Under the pieces are notes generated by a model. It was not told the origin of the DNA, did no database searches, and worked only from the letters and a program-made list of their open reading frames with translations. A stretch of 64,000 nt of DNA. It comes from a virus (taxonomy: Duplodnaviria > Heunggongvirae > Uroviricota > Caudoviricetes). Both the position numbers and the translations under genes were made by a program. Below, one piece after another: positions 56,892 to 64,000 of this stretch (position 1 is its first letter; every line of letters starts with the position of its first letter). Location of the stretch: IMG/VR virus record IMGVR_UViG_2703718772_000011. One strand, given 5' to 3'.

Positions 56892-59800
56892 TCACAGACG
56901 GCCAATTCTTACTCGTAAGACGTTGTTATCGTCATAAACGTCAATCCGCTGACCATTTATAACCAATCGCCCATTGCCGCCGCTATTACCGTTGATCTCA
57001 AGCGTTCCATTTTTGCCGAACCGCCATCCAGATCTACCGCTAACAAAATTGGTAGATTGCAGATCGCCTACTTTTGCATTGGTGATTGTGCCATCCTTGA
57101 TATACGCTCCATTCATATAGGCGATACTGTTTTCGATAACAAATGGCGTTGTGATCTTCCCGTTAACAGAGTTGACCAAACCAAACCTGTCCGCCTGAAC
57201 CAAAAACTGAGATAGCCCAGTGGTGTCAATACCAAGCGCAATACCGGCAACATACTTCTGCCCTCCGCTCGTTGAAGTCTCCATTTTCAACGTCCACGCG
57301 GTTGACACTTTTTTGTTGGTATCAGCAATAGCTGTTGCCTGCTGTTGAATTGTCGCGGTATTTCCATCCACCTCTGCTTTCAGAGTATCGATTCGCCCAC
57401 TCAGAGCATTATCTGCCTGCGTTCTCGCTGTCGTTTCAGTTGTTACCGCCGCGGAAATGTTGGCTGCCGTTTGAGACTCTAAGTTTGTGATTTGAGTCGC
57501 CAGTGCCGCATCTTGCTCTGTACGCGTTTTCGTTTCGGTTGCTACAGCCGCTTTAATATCCTCTTTGTATTGAGAGGTCAGCTTGGTGATCTGAGACGAC
57601 AACGCCGAGTCAGCATCAGTTCGAGCCTGCGTTTCAACTGCAACGGCCGCACTAATATCTTTCGCAGTCTGTGCTTTTAAACTTGAAACCTCTTTTGTTA
57701 AAGCGGTATCACCATCTGCACGAGCCGTTGTTTCTCTGGCAAGAGATGCCTCAAGATCATTAGCTTTTGCTGTAAGAGACGTAATCTGAGTGGACAATGC
57801 ACTATCGGCATCAGTCCTTGCCTTTGTCTCTACAGCAACCGCTGCGGCAATATCAGTTCCGGTCTGTGCTCGCAGGCTGTTAATTTCTCGTGAGAGCGCC
57901 TGGTCAGCACTTGCCCTGGCCTCCTGCTCCTGAGTGATGGCAGCGGATATATCACCGTCAACCTTTGACTGAAGCTGGTTTATTTGTTTGGCTAACGCAG
58001 AGTCCCCGCTTGCTCGAGCCTCCTGCTCACTACGTATTGCAGCAGAAATATCATCATCAACCTTTGCCTGAAGTTGGGTGATCTGGCTTGCCAGAGCCGA
58101 ATCTTCCGTTGCTCGGGCTTCTTGCTCTTCCTTAATAGCTGCGACGATATCGTTGCTTACTTTCGACTCAAGCTGAGTGATCTGTGTCGTCAGAGCTTCA
58201 TCGGCAGATGTACGAGCCTCCTGCTCTGTACTAATCGCCGCGCTGATATCTCCTTCAAACTTAGATTGCAGCTGAGTGACACGCTTTGCCAACGCTTCAT
58301 CGCCATCGGCACGAGCGGTGGACTCTTCCAGAATACTGGCCTTAATGTCTTCGCCAATTTCTACGCGAATTTCCTCAACCTTCGTGGCCATTGCAGACAT
58401 ATCATCAGCAAAGGTTTTCTGTGTTGTTGCGATCTTCGCGTTATTGACCATCTGCTTGTGCTGGTCTTCATCTTGACGAAGAGCCAGGTCAATATTTGTT
58501 TTGGCTAACGCCTCAATGTTCGTAGTCAGTTCTGCACTGGCACGATCGACCTCTGCAACCGTCTTTTTCATTTCTTCAACGGCAGCGGAGCTTTCCTCTA
58601 CCGTTGACTGCAACACTTCCAGTTGTTTAGCGTTTGCAGCATCGCCTTCAACACGAGCCTCGCTTTCCTTAGCAATAAGAGCCGCCGCTTCATCTCTTGC
58701 AGCCTTTATTGCCTCGACTGTATTAGCGAGAGCTTTATCGTGTTCAGATACGGTGTTTTCGATTTCAACAATTGCAGCATCAGTAGCATCAATTTTTTCA
58801 AACGCTTCATTGACCTTGTCGATCGTTGCCGAAACCTCACCTTTAAGCTCGGTTTGTGCGTTCTCCAAAGCATCGCTACGCTCGTTGAATTTTATTTCAA
58901 AATCCGCGAGGTTATCGCTGAACTGCTTATCTAATTCAGCTATATCTTCCTTAACGTCGTTTACCGCCCCCTCCAAAGATTCGACGCTCTGGTTGATATG
59001 CTCATTTAACTCGTCAACTGCTTCTTGAGAGGCTTTGCTGTTGATGTCCTCAAGCAGAGCCTGACCAAGCTCGGAAGATGTAATTTTGCCAGTCAGGAAC
59101 GACAGTACATCGCGAGTTGTCGCCTCTGTACCCAAGTTTGAGTTCGGAGGACTTAACATACCTCGCTTGTTCGATGCTCGAACCCAGTAATACCACGTTT
59201 CGCTATCCCCAAGACCAGCATGTGTAAAGGTGGTGCTTGCAGACTCTGCGATCAGTTTCGCCGTATCCAGATTGTTGGTCTGGGATGCGTAAACATTAAT
59301 GTGATCAAGGTCTACCGAATCTGGATTAACCCAATTCAGTATCACATTACGATAGTCTCCAACGGCCGTTAATGACGTTGGGGCATCCGGCGGTGTCATT
59401 GTGCCCAACACCTGATAAACGGTACTGATAATCTCTGTTTTTTTACCGTTGAATGAAACCGCATACAGCTGGAAGTCGTAGCGTCCATTCTCCGCGACAT
59501 TAACGATTTCGTATTGCTCTTCGGTTACACGCGCCGATTGCCAGTTCGATACATTGTTTTCATCAGAACGTCGCCAACTGATCCAATACTCTGGAGATTT
59601 CCCTTCCCATGTTGCAGTCAGTTTTACTGACAGGTTGCCCGGGCTTGAGAGATAAGTCCCTTCAGTGATTTGTAGATTAGATGGCTTGGAGTAAGTTGGG
59701 TCCAATACCGTCGTATTCTGCGGGATCAGCGTTGCACCATTGTCGATTGCCTCATATTTAGACGGATTGTTCTCAACAGCGGTGATGTCAAAGCTACCCG

Positions 59801-61625
59801 GCGTTTCCCCCTGCGCGATGTTAACGATGCGAACGCGCATAGGTTCGAGGTCTGGTTCTGTAATAGTCCAGACGCCGTTCAAAACAGGCGTTTCAGCCGA
59901 AGACAGGGCTTTTGAAAACGTAACTTTTGTTATATTTTCGCCAGTTTCAAGAACATCGCGTTCAACGATTTTGCCTTCCTGATTCAGTATTCGAATAAAG
60001 CAGCCGCCTTTGGCTAACGACACAGGCGCATCGAGTGTGACGCTGTTTTTGGTAAACGCCACAATTCGACCTGAGTTACGTTTGCCTGCGCGATATTTGT
60101 TCTGAATCAGAACGGTTTCACCAGGCATCAGAAATGACGCGTCTAAGCCGGCAGTAAATGTAATTACATCCGACTCCATTCTGGCGGTATATAAAAGCCA
60201 CAAACCAACTCGGTGAGCCTGCCCTCGGCTTGTACAGCCAAATGCTACGACTTCTGTTTTACGCTCACCATAACGGCGCATTGCGTCCTGATCTTCGACG
60301 TACTCGATGTTTTGCTTATAACCGTCCTCCTTGTTGTTGTAGGTTACGAGCGCAACGGATGGGCGATCTTTACGCGCAGAACCTTTATAGGTAAACAATC
60401 CATCTTTGACGTTAGAGTTGGTAAACATCATTACCGGATCTGATGGGCTATCCTGCATGATGTTAACCATCCCACCAGCCCAAAACACCATGCCGCGGAA
60501 TGCTCCGGCAATATCCTGAATTAGCCGGTATGCGTCCTGTCGACTGGTGATCTGCGTATTGATTGCAAAGCGTTTCTCTTTGCCACCAAAGCCATCATCG
60601 ACCTCTTCGTCACAATATCGACCAATCTGGTACAACTGGCCAAGGTCAATCATAGATTCCGACACATACTGACCAAGGCCATATCGAGCATTGGTAAGCA
60701 AATCAAAGAGAATCCACGCGGGGTTTGAAGAAGACAACAGCTTAAAAGTGCCATCCCATACACCATCATAAGTGTTGCTGGCCTCGTTGTAGTTTGACGG
60801 CACGCGAATTTTTAATCCACGTACCAAATACGAACGAGATGGCATGGTGCTACCAAACTGCTCAGAATTAACCTTCAGACCCACCAGCACAGAGTTTGGG
60901 TAGTTCATCGGTGTATCTACAATCTCACCTATTGAGTCCACCCATGTATCGTTATAGAGATACTGGCTTCTGTTATCATCGGTAATACGGACTACACGAA
61001 CCTTGTACGCGCGTCCAGGCTTAGGCAGCTTCAGCTCATAGCTACGGTAATAAACACCTGTCTTCTTTGCTGTTAGCTTAATGCCAACGCTTTTTTCACC
61101 TTCTGCGACCACATCTACAAATGTTGAGTCGCCATTTGCTATCTGGAACTTGTACTCAACGGTTGTACCGTTCGTGTCACCAGTTTTTTTATCTATGCTT
61201 CGCAAAGAAGGAAACTTCATGATGACACGAACCCGATCAGCTTCATCGTTATCGATTGAAACCGTTACATAATGTGTTTTTTTTAACTGGATATTGACGG
61301 ATTTAGGCGTTTCAACGAAATCAAAGCCAGACATTGGAGTCTGGTCTTGCGAACCGTCGCGAAAATCCCATGTGATTCCGCTGAAGTTGGAGGAACCGTC
61401 TTCATTTACAATCGGCAGATCGTCGACAAAAATAGATCTTGCGCCATTTACCAAGCCGCCAATTACACCTTCCCCAAGAAGATCGAGGATAGCGGCCATT
61501 GCACGAGAATTTACGGTATCGTCGGCTTCAACCGGTGTACGGCTAGAGCTTTTGCTGCTTTTTTTACCACCCGCACCTGCAATAAACAGCGGTAACTTTT
61601 TCTTCTTGAACTGTTCCATGTTCAA
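56892..61625 (-). CDS. central tail fibre / host-specificity protein (lambda gpJ-like)
   Basis: YPNSVLVGLKVNSEQFGST..RSYLVRGLKIRVPSNYN..YDGVWDGTFK matches the conserved gpJ block; 1577 aa. Confidence 0.9.
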   Translation of the reverse strand: MNMEQFKKKKLPLFIAGAGGKKSSKSSSRTPVEADDTVNSRAMAAILDLLGEGVIGGLVNGARSIFVDDLPIVNEDGSSNFSGITWDFRDGSQDQTPMSGFDFVETPKSVNIQLKKTHYVTVSIDNDEADRVRVIMKFPSLRSIDKKTGDTNGTTVEYKFQIANGDSTFVDVVAEGEKSVGIKLTAKKTGVYYRSYELKLPKPGRAYKVRVVRITDDNRSQYLYNDTWVDSIGEIVDTPMNYPNSVLVGLKVNSEQFGSTMPSRSYLVRGLKIRVPSNYNEASNTYDGVWDGTFKLLSSSNPAWILFDLLTNARYGLGQYVSESMIDLGQLYQIGRYCDEEVDDGFGGKEKRFAINTQITSRQDAYRLIQDIAGAFRGMVFWAGGMVNIMQDSPSDPVMMFTNSNVKDGLFTYKGSARKDRPSVALVTYNNKEDGYKQNIEYVEDQDAMRRYGERKTEVVAFGCTSRGQAHRVGLWLLYTARMESDVITFTAGLDASFLMPGETVLIQNKYRAGKRNSGRIVAFTKNSVTLDAPVSLAKGGCFIRILNQEGKIVERDVLETGENITKVTFSKALSSAETPVLNGVWTITEPDLEPMRVRIVNIAQGETPGSFDITAVENNPSKYEAIDNGATLIPQNTTVLDPTYSKPSNLQITEGTYLSSPGNLSVKLTATWEGKSPEYWISWRRSDENNVSNWQSARVTEEQYEIVNVAENGRYDFQLYAVSFNGKKTEIISTVYQVLGTMTPPDAPTSLTAVGDYRNVILNWVNPDSVDLDHINVYASQTNNLDTAKLIAESASTTFTHAGLGDSETWYYWVRASNKRGMLSPPNSNLGTEATTRDVLSFLTGKITSSELGQALLEDINSKASQEAVDELNEHINQSVESLEGAVNDVKEDIAELDKQFSDNLADFEIKFNERSDALENAQTELKGEVSATIDKVNEAFEKIDATDAAIVEIENTVSEHDKALANTVEAIKAARDEAAALIAKESEARVEGDAANAKQLEVLQSTVEESSAAVEEMKKTVAEVDRASAELTTNIEALAKTNIDLALRQDEDQHKQMVNNAKIATTQKTFADDMSAMATKVEEIRVEIGEDIKASILEESTARADGDEALAKRVTQLQSKFEGDISAAISTEQEARTSADEALTTQITQLESKVSNDIVAAIKEEQEARATEDSALASQITQLQAKVDDDISAAIRSEQEARASGDSALAKQINQLQSKVDGDISAAITQEQEARASADQALSREINSLRAQTGTDIAAAVAVETKARTDADSALSTQITSLTAKANDLEASLARETTARADGDTALTKEVSSLKAQTAKDISAAVAVETQARTDADSALSSQITKLTSQYKEDIKAAVATETKTRTEQDAALATQITNLESQTAANISAAVTTETTARTQADNALSGRIDTLKAEVDGNTATIQQQATAIADTNKKVSTAWTLKMETSTSGGQKYVAGIALGIDTTGLSQFLVQADRFGLVNSVNGKITTPFVIENSIAYMNGAYIKDGTITNAKVGDLQSTNFVSGRSGWRFGKNGTLEINGNSGGNGRLVINGQRIDVYDDNNVLRVRIGRL
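57275..58330 (-). repeat. about 10 tandem 99-nt (33-aa) coiled-coil repeats inside the J-like gene
   Basis: Repeated DISAAI..EQEAR...D.AL..QI.QL..KV units. Confidence 0.8.
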
Positions 61626-61637
61626 AAAAATCCTTGT

Positions 61638-62231
61638 TTACATTAGCTGGTCAATCGTGATTGAAGAACTCACAACCTGTGAGCCAACCAGAATTTCCTC
61701 GCCATAGATAAGTTGTACTGGGTTGCCCTGGTTTTCTGTATTTTGAGGGCCGTCGAAATAATAAGAGTTCGAGTTATCTGCCTGTCTCACACTTTCGTTA
61801 GTGGCTTGCGGCGATATGATTTGTGATATGCCGCCCATCATCAGTGACAAACCGAGAGGTGCTAAAGCAGGCATCACTACCGCCGATACAACCAACAAAG
61901 CGGCCCCTACTACCGTCTGAAACCACCCAAAAGCAGATCCACCGCTTCCTCGCGGAACAGGTGTAATGCGGATTTTGGCAATGTTGTCAGACTGCCCCAT
62001 CATCTGATATTCACTTTCGTCAACAGACCACTTGTGGCCCTGTTTATTGGTGATCTGGATGTGGTAACGGTCATAGGTTTTGATATTGCGCTTCATCCAT
62101 GCTTTAAACCCAGGCTTGTTGGCCTCAATTAAATCCAGAGCCTGTTTTGTATTGCGCACCTTTAGATGCCAGTGGCGGCCAAAATGTTTGGCCATAGGGC
62201 CGCCAAGCTGCACATGAACTAACTCAGACAC
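61638..62231 (-). CDS. tail assembly protein (lambda gpI-like)
   Basis: IYGEEILVGSQVVSS and hydrophobic Gly-rich middle parallel gpI. Confidence 0.8.
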   Translation of the reverse strand: MSELVHVQLGGPMAKHFGRHWHLKVRNTKQALDLIEANKPGFKAWMKRNIKTYDRYHIQITNKQGHKWSVDESEYQMMGQSDNIAKIRITPVPRGSGGSAFGWFQTVVGAALLVVSAVVMPALAPLGLSLMMGGISQIISPQATNESVRQADNSNSYYFDGPQNTENQGNPVQLIYGEEILVGSQVVSSSITIDQLM

Positions 62232-63043
62232 GTCTCATCTCCCTTGAGCAAGTCTCTGTGACGCAAGTGATGCGTCGTATGTTTCTGATACATTCCGCCG
62301 TAATAAGCACGACAACTAAGACGGTCGATCTGGTGATGAAGAATCATTCCATCGCCGATATAAACCGCGCAGTGATCTGGCATTTTCCCGTATTGAATAA
62401 AGAAGACGTCCCCACGTTGAGGCTCTGTTCCAGGTGCAAGCCGTACCAATCCCTCGTTTCGGTAGTTCTGGTCGAGAATGTCGTTATCGCCGGTGTACCA
62501 CGATGGAATATGCAGGTGTGCGTTCGGGTTAAGCTCGACGTTAAACTCACGCTTCAAATAGTCCCGACACAACATCCAGCAATCGAATACGCCAAATACA
62601 TACGGTCTACCCAGGTATGGCATTTCGAAACCATCAGGTGTGATCACATTCATCTCGCTAAAATGGAAAGGGGCATCTCCCTCAACATTCTTGCGAATAG
62701 CCAGAATCATCCACGGAACTTCCGTCGCTTCACAGCCTGCACGATCGGCATCAGATGCTTCTGCTGATTCATCAGTATGTGAATGCCAGATTGCGATTAC
62801 GTCACCCGCATCCTCTGCCGCCATAATGTCGTCAACGTGCATTACAAAAGTGTTCTGCGGGTTCTCCGAAACATTCCGCGCTTCCATAAAGCGATATTTG
62901 TCGCCATTAGTTCTAACCAGAAAGCCACACGCTTCATTAGGGTAGCGATTTATGGCGCAGAGATAGATTTGCTGCATAACGTCAGAGCCAAGCTCAGGGA
63001 TTGCTTTATTACCCATACCGCGTAGCTCCAATAAATCCGCCAA
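62219..63043 (-). CDS. tail assembly protein (lambda gpK-like; JAMM/MPN plus NlpC/P60)
   Basis: JAMM motif HSHTDESAEASDAD; C-terminal Cys/His papain-like domain. Alternative start at 63016 overlaps the L stop. Confidence 0.85.
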   Translation of the reverse strand: MADLLELRGMGNKAIPELGSDVMQQIYLCAINRYPNEACGFLVRTNGDKYRFMEARNVSENPQNTFVMHVDDIMAAEDAGDVIAIWHSHTDESAEASDADRAGCEATEVPWMILAIRKNVEGDAPFHFSEMNVITPDGFEMPYLGRPYVFGVFDCWMLCRDYLKREFNVELNPNAHLHIPSWYTGDNDILDQNYRNEGLVRLAPGTEPQRGDVFFIQYGKMPDHCAVYIGDGMILHHQIDRLSCRAYYGGMYQKHTTHHLRHRDLLKGDETCLS

Positions 63044-63740
63044 AATGGATCACACCGTCGGCAAAATAATTCCGACGCGCATTACAGGCGTCATAACGTT
63101 TTGTGCAGTAATCCGCACCAGACATAGACGTCTGCTGGTTATTTTTGTCGAAATATGGACCGGTATAGCCGCATTCTGGCCCTCGGTATTTCCACGGGCA
63201 GGTGTTTTTAATGATCTGACGATACGGCAGTTGCACCCCCATCAAATCGAACACACTGGACAATTCAAACTCGACAACCTGATGAGTTTCGAGAGTTTTC
63301 TGTTCGATAAACCACATTTCATCCGGGAAATGTTGGTTTGGATCTGCTGTTGGGTTGCCGTCTTTAAAATTAACGGCATCGAGGAAGCGAGCCAGCGTCA
63401 TCTTGCGAATAATGCGGCAGCCAACAAGATCGTCGTTTGCCTGAACTTCCGCAGAGACAGTTCCGGCAAAGTTCGATACCTGAATTTTTGGACGTGGCAA
63501 CGTTCCCTGGCCCGTTTTGTCAAAGCCTGATGCTTTGATTGGCCACGGCTCGTATGTCACTCCTTGCCAGACGACCGGTTGCATCAGTTCGTTTGTTCCG
63601 GCGTGGAAGAATAACTTCCCCCCTGAAGTTGTGTTCGACATATCCAGTACGAACAACTCAATGAGTGCAGAGGGAGATAAGCTCTGAATATCAGCTTTAA
63701 TTCCCATTGTTTCATCCTTGAAATAAGTAGGCGCTAACAT
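63009..63740 (-). CDS. minor tail protein (lambda gpL-like)
   Basis: WQGVTYEPWPIKASGFD, ARFLDAVNF, NTCPWKYRGPECGYTGP and C-terminal Cys cluster parallel gpL. Confidence 0.85.
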   Translation of the reverse strand: MLAPTYFKDETMGIKADIQSLSPSALIELFVLDMSNTTSGGKLFFHAGTNELMQPVVWQGVTYEPWPIKASGFDKTGQGTLPRPKIQVSNFAGTVSAEVQANDDLVGCRIIRKMTLARFLDAVNFKDGNPTADPNQHFPDEMWFIEQKTLETHQVVEFELSSVFDLMGVQLPYRQIIKNTCPWKYRGPECGYTGPYFDKNNQQTSMSGADYCTKRYDACNARRNYFADGVIHFGGFIGATRYG

Positions 63741-63789
63741 CCTGTCAGCGCCACAATGATAGTAAATTAGTACTTACTTATCCAGATAC

Positions 63790-64000
63790 TTAAGCCTCAA
63801 ATACTTGTCTGAATGTAGCAGTTAAGACACAGTACCCCTGATATCGCTTGACCGTATGACTGTCACATACAACTACAATCCGTTTTCCTCTTGGATTAAC
63901 CCAATAGAACGACTCAACGCCTGCTCGCTCAGTCAGGAAGTCATCGATTGCATTAATTTCGTTGTATGATCTGGTTGAACCGCCCCGGAAATCCTGGAGA
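63790..64000 (-). CDS. partial CDS, 3' end only (minor tail protein, gpM position)
   Basis: Frame open for 69 codons to the window edge, ending TAA at 63790..63792. Confidence 0.4.
   Translation of the reverse strand, partial: LQDFRGGSTRSYNEINAIDDFLTERAGVESFYWVNPRGKRIVVVCDSHTVKRYQGYCVLTATFRQVFEA

Noticed and set aside
53151-61625. Diversity-generating retroelement targeting the fibre genes
   Set aside because: No reverse transcriptase gene and no template/variable repeat pair with adenine-specific differences seen in the window.
1-64000. Initial impression of a T5-like phage early region (RNase H, DHFR, ThyA, NrdAB, SbcCD-like, FEN, tRNAs)
   Set aside because: The presence of DnaE instead of a family A polymerase, a lambda-like M-L-K-I-J tail module, an iteron/RepA replicon, ParA and TA modules does not fit T5; gene content fits a phage-plasmid better.

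Overview
This 64 kb window reads as a densely packed, mostly minus-strand segment of a large tailed-phage genome that also carries plasmid-maintenance functions, i.e. a phage-plasmid. From memory (not verifiable here) the gene content resembles SSU5/pHCM2-type elements. All calls are made by eye from the ORF translations and the raw sequence; no searches were run. Contents: (i) nucleotide-metabolism and replication/recombination block: RNase H, Dam-like methylase, DEDDh exonuclease, P-loop kinase, DHFR, ThyA, NrdA/NrdB, glutaredoxin, RuvC-like resolvase, SbcC/SbcD-like pair, RecA-like recombinase interrupted by an intein, flap endonuclease, gp32-like SSB, DnaE-type polymerase, CobS/CobT-like AAA+/VWA pair, ATP-dependent ligase, DnaG-like primase, DnaB-like helicase. 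(ii) plasmid-type functions: RepA-like initiator flanked by three iteron arrays with a DnaA box and GATC-heptamer clusters, ParA partition ATPase, tyrosine recombinase next to a lox-like 13-7-13 site, GNAT/DUF1778-type toxin-antitoxin. (iii) four minus-strand tRNAs (Ser, Thr, Tyr, Asn) interleaved with paralogous hairpins. (iv) plus-strand accessory islands: a consensus sigma70 promoter driving a two-gene cassette plus a host-like cspA, and a GIY-YIG nuclease gene. (v) lysis cassette with overlapping spanins and a lambda-like tail module (M-L-K-I-J-fibre). Most interesting: the RecA intein, the P1-like replicon architecture, the lox-like site, the promoter-driven cassette, and two families of palindromic motifs recurring in intergenic regions.
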